A DNA stretch of 64,000 nt from Chiloscyllium plagiosum (lineage: Eukaryota), in NCBI RefSeq assembly GCF_004010195.1, contig NC_057749.1, positions 15,371,726 to 15,435,725 of the forward strand, written 5' to 3'. This document shows, piece by piece, positions 1 through 13,244 of the stretch. Positions within the stretch are counted from its first letter, which is position 1; each line of letters begins with the position of its first letter. Below the pieces are notes generated by a model, which did not search any database, was not told where the DNA came from, and worked only from the letters and a program-made list of their open reading frames with translations. Position numbers and translations under genes: made by a program.

Positions 1-10
1 GACGAGGCAG

Positions 11-129
11 TCTCTCAGCCCAGCATGACACGGTGGTCTCTCAGCCCAGCATGACGCGCCGGTCTCTCAGCCCAGCATGACACGGCGAACTCTCAGCCCA
101 GCATGACACGGCGAACTCTCAGCCCAGCA
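11..129. repeat. 26-bp minisatellite, about 4.5 copies (tctcagcccagcatgacacggcgaac)
   Basis: Unit starts at 13, 39, 65, 91 and 117. Confidence 0.9.
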
Positions 130-946
130 AGGTAACCTGCCAGTCCAGTATGGCATTCTCTTTGCTGGCATAGCATTTCCCAGTCGGCAAGTGCAGTGAT
201 CTTCAGGTGGTACGTGGAGGTGCCTCAGCCAGGCATGGTTTTGGTGTGGACCTCTGGTCTCGGGGAGGCTAGATGTCAACATGGACTGGGCTAGAAGACC
301 ATTTCTCTGTATTTCTTTTCTCTGTTATATAATGTATTCCTAAATCTGCAATGTGGACATTTCTCATACTTCTCTATTTTTCCATGAACTGTAACTGAAA
401 AGCTGTAACTAGTGAATTTTGTATCTAAAATGGCACCATAAGCAGCAACCTGCACACTTTTCATTGCACTCATTTGAGTACATGACAATAATGATCATTC
501 ATTCATTCATTCATTCAATCTCTCCTCAAAGGAGGATCCAGCCATCCCAGGAATCAGTCTGGTAAACATTTGTTGCCCTCCCACTATGCAAATTTATTCT
601 TCTTTAGCCAAGGCGAGCAAAACCCGTACCCAGCCATCTAACCGCAGTCTCAACAAGAGCTGAGCTGGCAGTAATTTTCCTGATCCTCTACAATTGGTCA
701 CTTGTCAGTTACAGCTTCATGAGGCATGCTGAGAGGCCATTCTTCATCTGGGAGTGGGTCAGCACAGTCCATCCTGACCTCCATGCAACCAGGTATTTGG
801 GAATAGGAACCCTGGCAGGTTTAGTAGCCCTCGAGATCTAAACGCAATCTCGTAAATCCATACATGTGCCCCAGCAGCAACGGCCCTCTATCTATGTGAC
901 TGAGTACCCAGAGCAGGCAGTCCCCAGCTGAGTTAGTTGAAGGGGG

Positions 947-970
947 TGTGTGTGTGTGTGTGTGTGTGTG
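947..970. repeat. (TG)n microsatellite
   Basis: Direct reading. Confidence 0.9.
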
Positions 971-2361
971 AAGCACATTTACAATGCGCAACATCTGCGG
1001 CTTGTAACATTTTCTGAAGTTGAACATGGAATTCTGAACAATGGCAGGAGGCATGGAGTCTAACAGCTGGGAGGCGATTTCTGACAGGAAACAAACTTTT
1101 CTCAAAGTCACCAGGAAATAACTCGGGAAACATTACGGTTGAAAACTGTCAAATTAAATCACCTGCTGCAAATGCTCCACTTGTATGTCTTAAACCCTCC
1201 TCAGTCATTCTCTGCAGCTTGTCTGCAACCACTCTGTGATTTCCATCATTCACTCTGCCTATAATGATGACTCTCCCTGCTGCCATTCTCTAGGAGAGAT
1301 CACTACGTCTTATCAGCTCTGAGTAAACGTACAAAACACGGCCTGTATTTGTTCTGGATGTTATCTTTTTAAGTTCACCGTGTCCTCATAATTTCAAGTA
1401 CCTCTTAATTTGTTTAATGATCTGTATGTGCAATGTTTAGTGTATATTCCAAAGGCAACATGGTCCTCACCTGTGAGACATCTGGGACCTCAGACAGAAT
1501 GAGCCCCATTGCTGGCCAGGGCATGTCATAAAGACACCAGACATCTATAATAACAGGAGCTAGGGCAAGATTTACAGGGTATCTTTTAAATGAGCGTCTA
1601 GGAAGGTTTATATTGATGCTCATTTTCTAATCAGCCTGTTTAGAGATATTATCCAGAGATGTTTGGAGCAGGTGGGATTTTGTTTTTGTCTTCATTCACT
1701 AAATTTGAGCGTCACTGGCTGGACCAGCTCTTATTCTCCCTGAATTGCCCTTGAGAAGGTGGTGATGAGCTGCTTTCTCAAACAGCTGCAATCCACTGAA
1801 TCTGGGATTCCTGGCTCAGAGGTAGGGACTCCACCACTTCACCACAGGACTCTCTCTGCCTTGAACATACTTGGCCTCTAAAGCTTTCTGAGGTAAAAGA
1901 TTTCACAGATTCACTATCCTCTGAGAGAAGAAGTTCCTCCTCAGCTCTATTTAAACAGACACCTTATTCAGAGAATATGTCCTCTGGTCCTAGACCCTTT
2001 AGAAGGGGAACAACCTTGCCACATCCACCCTGTCAAGTCCCCATAGAGTCCTGTATTTTCAACTTGAAAGCTTTTTTTTAACATTCACCTACGAAATGTG
2101 GGTTTGCTGGATAGGTCAGTGTTTACTGCCTATCTCTAACTGTCCTGAAGAAGGTGGGGGTGAAATGTATTCTAGAACCACTGCAGTCCATGAGCTGTAG
2201 GAACACTTACCGTGCTGTTAGCCAGGACTGACAATGAACAGTGATGTACCTCCGGGTCAGGATGCTATGTCACTGGTGAGGGAGTTTGAGGTAGTCGTGT
2301 CTCCATGTATCTGTTACCCATGTCTCTCAAGATAGTGTTGGCAATGAGCCAAGCTAAAGAA

Positions 2362-2892
2362 TACTCTAATTCTGGTCTCCTTCCTATCGGAAAGATGTTG
2401 TGGAACTTGAAAGGGATCAGAAAAGATTTATAAGGGTAGGGTTGGAGGATTTGAGCAATACGGAGAGGCTGAACAGGCTGGAGCTGTTTTCCCTGGAGCG
2501 TCAGAGGCTGAGGGGTGACCTTACAGAGGTTTATAAAATCATGAGGGGCATAGATAGGGTAAATAGACAAAGTCTTTTCACTGGGGTTGGGGAGTCCAGA
2601 ACTAGAGGGCATAGGTTTAGGGTGAGAGGGGAAAGATATAAAAGAACCATAAGGGGCAACATTTTCACACAGAGGGTGGTACGTGTATGGAATGAGCTGC
2701 CAGAGCATGTGGTGGAGGCTGGTACAATTACAACATTTAAGAGGCATTTGGATGGGTATATGAATAGGAAGGGTTTGGAGGGATATGGGCCGGGTGCTGG
2801 CAGGTGGGACTAGATTGGGTTGGGATATCTGGTCGGCATGGACGGGTTGGACCGAAGGGTCTGTTTCCATGCTGTACATCACTATGACTCTA
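2362..2892 (+). mobile_element. CR1/HER1-type LINE, 5'-truncated 3' end
   Basis: ORF2 C-terminus (LERxQKRF...LFSLERQRLRGDLTEVYKIM...WNELP) plus a 3' tail ending ctatgactcta. Confidence 0.92.
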
Positions 2893-3019
2893 AAGGCTCC
2901 ACCTGATAAAATTACCATGGTTTTTTGCTGCTTCCAGTTTCCCACATTCCTCTCCTGGCTCCACTCACTGGTCTTGGGTTACAGGTCATCAAAAGGTGCC
3001 TCTGAGCATGAAATAAAAC

Positions 3020-3230
3020 AAAAGAAACCCGCAGATGCTGAAGATCTGAAACAAGATCAGAAATTGATGGATAAATTCAGCAGCAGGTCTAGCAGCATCT
3101 GTCGAGAGAAAGCAGAGTTCAGGAAGGGTCCCTGAAGAAGAGTCGCTGGACTTGCAACATTAACTCTGATTTTTCTCCACAGACGGTGCCAGACCTGCCG
3201 AGCTTCTCCAGCAATGTCTGATTTTGTTTC
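3020..3230. mobile_element. Fold-back Penelope-derived cassette (family C) with degenerate hammerhead core
   Basis: Inverted arms gcagatgctg...gcaggtctagcagcatct / gccagacctgccgagc around cctgaagaag...gcaacattaactctg. Confidence 0.6.
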
Positions 3231-3705
3231 CCGCTGAGATCTTGCTCAGAATGGGTGTCGCAGCTGGGTCTAATCCTGCTCTCTTTCCCCTAGACAACAT
3301 GTATGCAATTCTCCAACTGCAATACAGGCTGATTCCCCGAACCCTGAGCCCTGAGAGATCAGAGCTGGCTTTTACAAGTTCTGAGAAACATTAACTTTGA
3401 TTTCTCTCCACAGCTGCTGCCAGACCTGCTGAACTTTTCCAGCAATTTCTGATTTTGTGCCTTTACAATGCCCTCTGTCCACCTAGCAGACGCCAGTTCA
3501 CTCAGGGCGAGGACCTGAGATGGAATCTTATAATCTGCAGGGTTCAATGATGCACCAGTCACACAATCAGCCAGCCACTAAAATGATCACTTCAAACTGG
3601 TGGTGACACAACAGTTAAAGAAGCTGGTTAGTAGCTCACTCGAAAGTTCCACACAGCTTCAGCCAACTCGGTCATTGATCTGATGGTCACTGAGGCATCA
3701 CTTAC

Positions 3706-3788
3706 TTGGATAAGAGTTTGACTGTTTCCTGAGTGGCTCTTGTCTTTTTGTGCTGTGACCCATACAGAAAGGTCTGAATTCCCAGGCA
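3706..3788 (-). CDS. TTC23L: Coding exon (CLGIQTFLYGSQHKKTRATQETVKLLS-K/N); not in the ORF track
   Basis: Acceptor ctctctgtttggcag, donor AA|gtaagt; 83 nt, phase 0 to 2; resembles the TTC23 CLQIQTLLYGPQ exon. Confidence 0.9.
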
Positions 3789-4184
3789 CTGCCAAACAGA
3801 GAGATTAAAGTGTTTAATTAGAATTCTACATTCAGCAACTACCAGTTATACTGGGTCAGCATATTTACCCCTCGCAACTGAACAGCAAAATGCAAATTGC
3901 AGCAAAATGGTGTGCTGAACTCTTTGCTTTACAGCTTCTTCGTATGCACCCCCACCCACCCCCACCCCACCCCACCCCACCCGGAGGTGCTACCTCTTCT
4001 GGGGTGTGTTTTACCATCACCAGCATTGACCCATAAACAAAGGAACAAGTTCAAATTTTGTGTCTTTATTGCATTGTTCACAGGCCTAAAGACTCCTCGT
4101 TGCTCTCTCCACAGCAACACCTCAAGAGTCAACTAGCCAACCAAATCAGGACCTTTTTCTCCTATAGTATAGACTGTAGCGAAC

Positions 4185-4265
4185 ATTTGAAATTTGGCAT
4201 TCTTGCATTTGTCCTGATGAAAGCAGAATGAAAAGCTTCAACACCATCTCTCATTTCAACAATAT
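4185..4265 (+). mobile_element. Family D element end with hammerhead-like core (gtc-CTGATGA...GAAAAGCTTC-aac)
   Basis: Homologous to 11535-11615 (+) and to 39338-39400 and 42289-42351 (-). Confidence 0.55.
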
Positions 4266-4659
4266 GACTGCGGTTGCCATTCTACCCAGATGGCTCAGCA
4301 TAGATGGAGAGCCGGGGGAAAATCTGAAGAAGAGTTATATCACACTTGAAATGTTTCTCTCTCCACAGATGCTGCCAGACCTGCTGAGTTTCTCCAGCAT
4401 TCTCTGTTTGTTTCAGATTTCCAGCATCTGCGGTCTTTTGCTTTTATTCGACCATTTATGAACTGTTGGCATGGCCTTAGTGAAAGAAGGGGATTTCTAA
4501 ACCAAATGATATTTCTAAGATCAATTGCTTGAACACAGCTTTACAAAACTGGCTTACATAAACCACATTTCTATTTATTATTAATTATTCCCCCTCAAAG
4601 TTTCCTGTCCATTTTTTTTGGCTTAAAGAGCAATGTGTTTTTATCCAGTACCTTTATTT

Positions 4660-5490
4660 TGTTCATTCATTCAGGAGATCTGGGTGTCGCTGGCTGTGCC
4701 CTTGAGAAAGTGGTGGTGAGCTGCTCTCCTGAACCACTGCAATCCATTTGCTGTAGGTAGACCCACAATACCCCTTGGGAGGGCATTCCAGGATTTTGAC
4801 TGAGAAACAGTGAAGGAACGGCGATATATTTCCAAGTCAGGATAGTGAATAGCTTGGAGAGAAAAGCAGTAGTGTTCCCATGTATCTGCTAACATCGCCC
4901 TTCTAGATGGGAGTGGTCATGGGTTTGGACAATACTGTCTCAGGAGCCGTCATGATTTGCTGCAGTGGATTGGAGGTGGAGGGGGTGAATGTTTGTGGAT
5001 GCAGTGCCCATCAAGCGGGGCCTGCTTTGTCCCGGATGGTGTTGAGCTTCGAGGGTTGTTGGCGTTGTATCCACCCAGGCAGGTATTCAATCACACTCCT
5101 GACTTGCACCTTGTCGATAGTGGACAGGCTTTGGGGAGTCAGGAGGTGAGTTACTCGCCTTTGACCTGCTCTTGAAACTACTGTATTTATATGGCAAGTC
5201 CTGTTCAGTTTCTGGTCCGTAGTCCAGATTGTTGATAATGGAGTATCAGTGATTACAATGCCATTGATTGTCAAGGGGCAATTGTTTGATTCTCTCTTGT
5301 CAGAGATGGTCATTGCCTGGTAATTGTGTGGCATGAATGTTACTAGCCATTTGTCAGCCCAAGCCTGAATATTGTTCAGGTCTTGATGTATTTGGATACG
5401 GGCTGCTTCAGGATTTGAAGTGTTGCAAATGACTTTGAATGTTGTGAAATTATCTGGAAACATGCGTACTTCTGAGCTGAAGGTGGAGAG
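4660..5490 (-). mobile_element. Old CR1-group LINE 3' fragment (RT C-terminus)
   Basis: Translation SEVRMFPD...QDLNNIQAWADKWLVTF is a degenerate (M/Y)ADD region. Same family at 36880-37190, 50590-51010 and 62850-63475. Confidence 0.8.
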
Positions 5491-5764
5491 GTAGGGGTGT
5501 GTGTGTGTGTTAATGTGGCTGCTTAGATGCTGACCTCTCAGCCTGGGATCCATTTGAAAAGTCTGTCTAGACTGATGGAGTCAAAGTTTCCTATAGCTGT
5601 GGCCTTGTTTAATTCCATGGAAAAATCATTAACAAAGTACACCATTAGTTTGTTAAGGTTTGGAAAATGCTGGGGTTTTCACGTAAAGCATCAACATTGA
5701 GTAGTCTCCTCCAAACAAAATTCTTCAGTGGTGTTATCTAATTGCAATTAGGAAACGTGAGCAG

Positions 5765-6095
5765 AGAACCCTGGCTGATGTTCACAATGCAGTACCGAGA
5801 GAGTGCCGTACTGTCTGAGGTACCATCTTTCAGATGAAATATTAAACCAAGGCCCCGTATTTCCTCACAAATTGATACGAATGATTTTGTGGGTCTTTTC
5901 TAAGAGCAGGGAATTATCCTCAGTGTCCTGGCCAATACTTATCCCTTGAATGACACAAATTATTCTGCCACTATCACATTGCTGCTCATGGGCGAATCTG
6001 GCTGCAGTGTTTTGAGGCTACAATTCAGAAAGACTTAATCAAATACAAAGTACATGGTGAAGCCATGAATAGGTGCAATAAGGATGCAATTTTTA
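5765..6095 (+). mobile_element. Deu-domain SINE (SacSINE1/AmnSINE1-like), degenerate
   Basis: gcagtaccgagagagtgccgtactgtctgaggtaccatctttcagatgaaatattaaaccaaggccccgt resembles the Deu core. Related copy at about 51755-52030; tails at 12300-12455 (-) and 48800-48945 (+). Confidence 0.65.
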
Positions 6096-7654
6096 ATAAC
6101 ATTTTAGGAAAAAGGTGTTATTGTTAAAGTAATAGATCTGCACTTTTTATCCTCCAAGTCCATGTAAGAGACAAATATTGCCCTGCAGCTGCTGCCTGGG
6201 TGAGCAATAGAATCTCAAATAGCTGAATAGTATATCAGGTGTCCCAGTGTGTCTGCGCCAGGCTCATCTTCCACCATACGTACTTAGCAACCAGGGAGGA
6301 AACCTGTGATTTATTTCCCGACACTTGTGGAATCCTCTGCATGATTCAGACAGCATCAGCACAACAGCAATCTTTGCCAGTTGTTAACTGATCACTTTAG
6401 CAACATTACTTTACTGAAATAAAGCAGAAGCATGCAGTGAAAGATAGCCTTCTGTTATGGAAGGCTAGGAAGATTGTGCAAAGGCAATGTGAACGTTGAT
6501 GCATTTAGTGCAAATTGCTGAGAGCCCACGTAGAGGGGGTGATTGTGTACTTTTGAGTTGTCACAAGACACGTTTTACAGAATCATCATGGTACAGTAGG
6601 AGGCCACTCAGCCCATCTTGCTTGCACTGGTTCTCTGAGTATTTTAACTTTGTGCCAAACTCTTGCCTTTTCCCCGTAACCCTATACATTGTTTCTAATT
6701 AAATAATTATTGACTGCTTTCTTGACTGCCTCAGTTGGATCTGCCCATCACACTTATAGATAGTGCATCCACATTCAGATCATTTGCTGTGTGATACAGT
6801 TTCTTCTTGACTTGCAATTGCTTCTATTTCAATCTGTGTGCTCTGGCTTGCGATCCTGTCATGAGTGGAAACAGTTTCTCCCTCTCTACTCTTATCAAAT
6901 CTCCCCTCTGCCATCATTAACTTCCCTCAGTGTTGGCCCAGCTGAATAGTCCTCTGTCTACACGGAGTAGTCACTAGTGTGTGAGGTGCTGCACAGCCAT
7001 CACTGCGAATATATGTCAAAGTGCAAGTCAGTGCTGAAAATAAGAAAAAGGAGAGAAACACTCACTGACCCAACCCTGCCATTTTACTGAAAAAATGTGT
7101 AATTACTTACTATTTCTTCAGAAAGTCCCCAGGAGTTTTGCATTCAATGTGTGACCACATCTATGACCAGCGATTAGGAGACATTGGTAATAGGGGGGAG
7201 CTGAGCTTTCTTTCAGTGACACAGTTGCTTCAAAAGATTTCCGAAAAGACTATTGAACCCATCCCCTCTAATCAAGAGTTCAAAAAGAAGTTACAGCTTC
7301 TATTAAGTTACTTCTTTAATAATTACAGACAAAACAGTACTTGCTGGGAAGTGATTTTACAAAGCTCTCTCTTCAAACAACCCGTACTGATTTACAAACT
7401 GACCATTTGATGAGGAAGATCACAGAAGGAAAAGCATTGCACTTGTTTGATGTCTAATCCTCAGGATATCCCCAAAAGACACTGAATGAGCCACTTCAGA
7501 AATGTAATCACTGATCTGATGTAGGCCAATGTGTTTCTCTTCATTCTTACAGCGTTTGTGGATGTTGCTGCTTATTCCCATTGACCTTCAGCTGAGTGTC
7601 TCATTAGGGCGACTCCACAGGGCAGTTAACAGTCAACAACATTGCTGTGGGTCT

Positions 7655-7974
7655 ATTAGATTCCCTACAGTATGGAAACAGGCCCTTCAGCCCAACAAGT
7701 CCACACCGACCCTTCAAAGAGTAATCCACCCATACCGATTCCCCTACACTACATTAACTCCTGACTAATGCACCTATCACTACGGCCAATTTAGCATGAC
7801 CAATTCACCTGACCTGCACATCTTTGGACTGTGGGAGGAAACTGGAGCACCTGGAGGAAACCCACGCAGACACGGGGAGAATGTGCAAACTCCACACAGT
7901 CACCTGAGGTGCGAATTGAACTCAGGTCCCTGATACTGTGAGGCAGCAGTGCTAACTACTGAGCCACCGTGCTG
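7655..7974 (-). mobile_element. HE1-type V-SINE (tRNA-derived)
   Basis: Pol III A/B-box head, V-domain (tttgcacattctccccgtgtctgcgtgggtttcctcc) and HER1-like tail. Confidence 0.9.
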
Positions 7975-9407
7975 TCTGGAATCACATGTAAACCAGACTG
8001 GGTAAGGATGGCAGATTTCCTACCCTGAATGACATTATTGAACCAGGTTTGCTTTTAAAACAAACAGTGGTCACCACCAGCTTTCAATTCCAGATTCTTT
8101 TATTCATTGAATTTAAATTTCACTACCTGCTGTGGTGGGATTTGAACCCACATCTACAGAACAATAACTTGGGCCTCTGGATTACGAGTTCAGTACACTA
8201 TCAGTCCCTACCAGTTGCACAGAGCAAAAGCTCCTTTGAAAGCAACTGAGATAAATAATCACTTTATCTCAAAAGTGGGGGAGTCTTGGCCAGTGTAGAG
8301 TTTTCATCCTTTTCTGGACAATGATAAGGTACGTTTTGCATCTTTGAACGCAGAAGGAAATTGCTTTCAATGATAAAGCACTCACTCAGTACCGGGAGTG
8401 ATTATACCGTCTAGTCTCTGAAATGGGATTTGAACCTTTAATCGTCTGACTTGGAGGCCAGGGTTTTAGACATGATGCCAGCACCACACGAGATGGACTG
8501 CCTCTGCTTTTGTCTTTGCGGTTAATTATTCAGATGCTTGAAAGACGAATAGCAGTTTTTTTAAACAATTCAGCATCAACTGCATTTATTTCAAACGTGC
8601 CCTCTTAAAACTGGCTTTGTCTTTTCAAGAAAAGAAATGAATTATGGGCATCTTACAACAAACTCCTCTTTCAGTGAAGTAGCCAAAATGTGCTTCATAT
8701 TCAAGCTGACATGACATTAAACTAAATCAACTGATTGTGCTAATACAAAGCCCTTTTGTGCGCAGGAATATCGAGTTAAATGTTGGGTAGTTCATAACAA
8801 ACAGCTATAACCAATTGTAAAGGAATATTTATTGATCCTAATTTGTGTGTTTATTGGTCAGATGAATTCACATGTGTTGGAAGAGCAACAAAACAAAATT
8901 AACTGGCACGCTGCTTTCAAAACAAGTCAATAAACAGCCAAAATTTTAACTGGTTAGCTCGAACAATTACAACTACTGTCAGACTGCTGGGCGTTGTAAT
9001 TCAATAAAGTCCATCACAAAATACATTAGCTGTCTCAGTCTCTCAGCCATTTTCTCCCACTTCAATTGGAATACTGTTGTTTCATTTGAATTAGTCATAG
9101 GATATGAGTCTTAGCAACAAGCCCAGCAATTGTCGCAAATTCTTAACTGCCTTTGAGAAGGGGGTGGTGAGCTGCCTTTTTAAAACCGCTGCTGACCATG
9201 TGATGTAGTATACCCCATGGTGCTTTTCCTGATGCCGGTTTATAGAAACAAGTGGCTTGCTGGGCCATTTCACAATGGATTAAAGAATCAGCACATCACT
9301 GTCTGCCAGACTGGGTAAGAAGAGCAGACGTCCGTCCTTGAAGGACATTACGTTATTTAGACGATTTTGGACATGGTCATTACTACTGAGATTACCATTA
9401 TATCCAG

Positions 9408-9698
9408 GTTTAGATTAGATTCCCTACAGTATGGAAACAGGCCCTTTGGCCCAACAAGTCCACACCAACCCTTCGAAGAGTAATCCACCCAGACCCACTC
9501 CTCTACATTTACCTCTGACTAATGCACCTGTTGCTATGGGCAATTTAGCACGGCCAATTCACCTGACCCGCGCATCTTTGGACTGTGGGAGGAAACTGGA
9601 GCACCCTGAGGAAACCTACACAGACACGGGGAGAATGTACAAACTCCACACAGAGTCTGGAATTGAATCCGGGTCCCTGGCGCTCTGAGGCAGCAGTG
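9408..9698 (-). mobile_element. HE1-type V-SINE
   Basis: Same body and tail as 7655-7974. Confidence 0.88.
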
Positions 9699-9997
9699 AA
9701 TTAATGAATGAATGAATTAATTGAATTTAAAATCCAGAGTCACTGTGGTGTTATTTGAATTTATGTCTCTAAAATGTTAGTCCAGCCTCTGGATTAGTGG
9801 TCCAGTTTTATTACCACTATGCTACCATCCGAAAGAACAGATTCAAGAACAGCTTCTTCCCTGCCGTTATCAGGTCTTTCAATTGACCTCTTCAATCTTA
9901 ATGTTGATCTCTCTCTGCACTTTCTCAGCAGCTGTGACACTCTATTCTGCACCCTGTTCAGTTACCCTGATGCACTTGTACAGTATGATCTGTCTGT

Positions 9998-11275
9998 AAA
10001 TTCACCTGGACCACCTCGGACACTCCCCTCCCCTTCCTAGACCTCTCCATCTCCATTAACGGTGACTGACTCAACACGGACATTTAGCACAAACCCGCTG
10101 ACTCCCATAGCTACCTGGACTACACCTCCTGCCAACCTGCCTCCAGTAAAAATGCTATCCCTTATTCCCAATTCCTCTGCCTCCACTGCATCTGCTCCCA
10201 GGAGGACCAATTCAACTCGAATCATACTCGATGGCCTTCTTCTTCAGAACCACAATTTCCTCTTCCATGTAGTCGATGAAGCCCTCCAGCGCATCTCATC
10301 CACTTCCAGCACCTCAGCCCTTGAACCCCACCCCTCCAATCACAACAAGTACAGAACCTCCCCTGGTTCTCACCTTCCACACCACCAACCTCCGTACACA
10401 TCGCATCATCTCCGCCATTTTCACCACCCACAAACAGACCCCACTACCAGAGATATATTTCCCTTCCCATTGCTATCCATGTTCCAGACAGACCATTCCC
10501 TCCGCAACTCTCTTGTCAGGTCCATGCCCCCACCAACCCACTCTCCCTTCCTAACATCTTCCTCTGCCACCACAGGAATTGCAAAACCTGTGCCCACACT
10601 CCTCCCTTATCTCCGTCCAAGGTTCCAAAGGAGCCTTCCACATCCATCAGAGATTTACCTGCATTTCTACACATGTCATCTATTGTATCCATTGCTCCCA
10701 ATGTGGTCTCCTCTATATTGGGGAGACAGGAACTCTACATGTGGAACACTTCAGAGAACATCTCTGGGACACATGCACAAAACAACCCCACCGCGCTGTG
10801 GCTGAACACTTCAACTCCCCCTCCCACACCCCCAATGACATGCAGGTCCTGGGCCTCCTCAATTGCCAAACCCTTGCCACCCAACGCCTGGAAGAAGAAT
10901 GCCTCATCTTCCGCCTTGGGACTCTCCAACCACATGGGATCAATGTGGATTTCACTAGTTTCCTCATTTCCCCTCCCCCACCTTATTCCAACTTGGCACC
11001 ACCCTCTTGACCTGTCCTACCTGTCTATCTTCCTTCCCACTATCCGCTCCACCCACCTCTCCGACCTATCACCTTCACCCCCCCCACCTTCACCCACCCA
11101 TTGCATTCCCATCTACCTACTCCCCAGCCCCAGCCCCACCCGCTCCCATTTATCTCTGAGTCCTCTTGGCCCACAAGCCTCATTCCTGATGAAGGGCTTA
11201 TGCTAGAAACGTCGATTCTCCTGTCCCTCGGATGTTGCCTGACCGGCTGTGCTTTTCCAGCACCACACTCTTGAC
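9998..11275 (+). mobile_element. Penelope-like retroelement (family A): RT thumb remnant, GIY-YIG endonuclease, 3' region and hammerhead-bearing terminus
   Basis: ORF 10579-11010 FTCISTHVIYCIHCSQCGLLYIGETG...FREH...VAEHFN...RLEEECLIFRLGTLQPHGIN is a PLE GIY-YIG domain. Terminal cctgatgaagggc...gaaacgtcga at 11185-11215. Confidence 0.9.
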
Positions 11276-11744
11276 TGTAAATCACCTGAGACAATGTTTT
11301 TCACTCTATCTTGATACACGTGAAAGTAGTAAATTAAATCAAATCTCCTCCAATGGCTCTAAGTGTTAAGATTTTGATTCTCTATAAACAAAAGGGGCAT
11401 GTTCAAACCTTGCACCGTTTCTGAATTTCCCGGGAGTTTGGGGAGCCTACAGTTCCCTCTGCTTTCGCCCTGGCAATGCCTCGATTTATCAGAGCCAACT
11501 TGCCAACCAATCATATCCTAACTTGTTGTGATTGTTTGAAGTTTGGCATTCTTGCATTTGTCCTGATATATGCAAAAAGAAAGGTTTCAGCCAGGTGTTC
11601 CTTTTCAGCAATATACAACATGTAGATGATAAGCTCAGCCCTGCTGGAGAAAGTGAAGTGAATCTTGGGATGAGACGTGATGTCCTCCAGTTTGATCTGG
11701 ATGTCATGGCCATGCTCACTGTCTAAGAATCATAAAATAAAATC

Positions 11745-12083
11745 ATTGAATCCCTAGTGTGGAAACTGGCCATTTGACACTTGAGTCCACACCGACCCTC
11801 TGAAGACTAGCCCACCCAGACCTAACCCCTACCCTAACCCTGTAACCCTGCATTTCCCATGGCTAATCCACCTAACCTGCACATCCCTGGACACTATAAG
11901 CATCTTAGCAGGCCAATTCACCTAACCTGTGCATCTTTGGACTGTGGGAGGAAACAGAAAACCTACACAGACACGGGGAACATATTCAAACTCCACACAG
12001 ACAGTGGCCGAAGGGTAGAATTGAATCTGAGTCCCTGGCACTGTGAGGCAGCAGTACCAAATACTGAACCACTGCACTACCCG
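11745..12083 (-). mobile_element. HE1-type V-SINE
   Basis: V-domain and tRNA-like head on the minus strand. Confidence 0.85.
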
Positions 12084-12534
12084 CAAAGGCTGACACTTTG
12101 AGGCTGGTCAATCAGGTGAAGTACATAAGTGCAATCAAACAAAAACATCAATCATTACCTTCAGGACAGAAGAAAATACAGAAGAGGACAGGGAGGAAAA
12201 GACTACAAGATAGGTTCCAGAAATCAGCCATTAAAACAAAAAATAAATGGGCTACGGCCTTTCTGACATTCCATCACTGGTATCAATTAAGGAAAACCCC
12301 TGCATTTATATAGCATCTTTCACGCTGTGAGGATATACCAATGCCAGTGAAGTACTCTGCTCTTGAAGAGTATTCACCGTTTTATCACAAGTAAGGGTGA
12401 CTCTGCCAATTTTGGAGCGGCAAGGTTCCCACTATTAGCGCTACAATAAATGATCAGGTAATCAGGGTTTAAGTGTTGGTTGAGAATACTTTGTCGCAAT
12501 GATTACATTGTTCCACCACACACTCAGCACTCAC

Positions 12535-12684
12535 CTTCTTGAACATTTTGTAAGCTGCTTTTTGATGCCCCTCTGCTAGTTCGATTCCTCCAAACAGATG
12601 ATACGTTTCTTCTACCTCGACGCTGAAGTCTCCAAATGTGGAAAGCTTGGCCGGGAGAGATTCGTGAAGTAACCTTGAGGCAGT
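12535..12684 (-). CDS. TTC23L: Coding exon (TASRLLHESLPAKLSTFGDFSVEVEETYHLFGGIELAEGHQKAAYKMFKK)
   Basis: Acceptor ttggttgcag, donor AAG|gtgagt; 150 nt, phase 0 to 0; FGDFSxEVxETY motif of TTC23. Confidence 0.93.
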
Positions 12685-12976
12685 CTGCAACCAACACACA
12701 ATCAACATTAACTTGCATCTACGCAGAAATAAACCCAGCCACACCTTCATTTTAAGGTGCCTATGTTGGTTTTCAAGCCCCCCCCCGCCAACTCAGTGAC
12801 CTCTTCCAGCCCTACAAACCTCTCAGATCTCTGCCCACCTCAAATACTGGATTCTTGCGCACTCTCAATTTATCACCAACATTTTCCTGTTCCCTGCTTT
12901 CCCGAAAGTTAGATACCATTCAGAAGCTGAAATCTAAAAAAAGAAATCCAACAAAAATTTGAGTACTTCCTCTTAC

Positions 12977-13104
12977 CGCATAATTTTTGGTCAGGATTAA
13001 GAATCGACAGTAATCATCAAGGATTGAGAGGGATGTTGCATGTTCAGCTCCCAAGGCTGTCTGGTAACATTGCAGGGTCTGCTTGTAGAACTTCTCTGCT
13101 TCAT
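12977..13104 (-). CDS. TTC23L: Coding exon (Y-EAEKFYKQTLQCYQTALGAEHATSLSILDDYCRFLILTKNYA)
   Basis: Acceptor gatcttttag, donor GCG|gtaaga; 128 nt, phase 1 to 0. Confidence 0.92.
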
Positions 13105-13244
13105 CTAAAAGATCCAAACAACCTTGCAATTAGTGGATATAACAACATTTGTGAAGATATTGTCACATATAAATAAGAGCACTATAAATAGTTTTACTGT
13201 TGTGATCACTATACAAATGATCTCAATACAAACAGAGATTGTCC

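Noticed and set aside
10579..11010. GIY-YIG ORF as a functional host gene
   Set aside because: The upstream RT region is truncated and frameshifted; it is a decayed Penelope copy.
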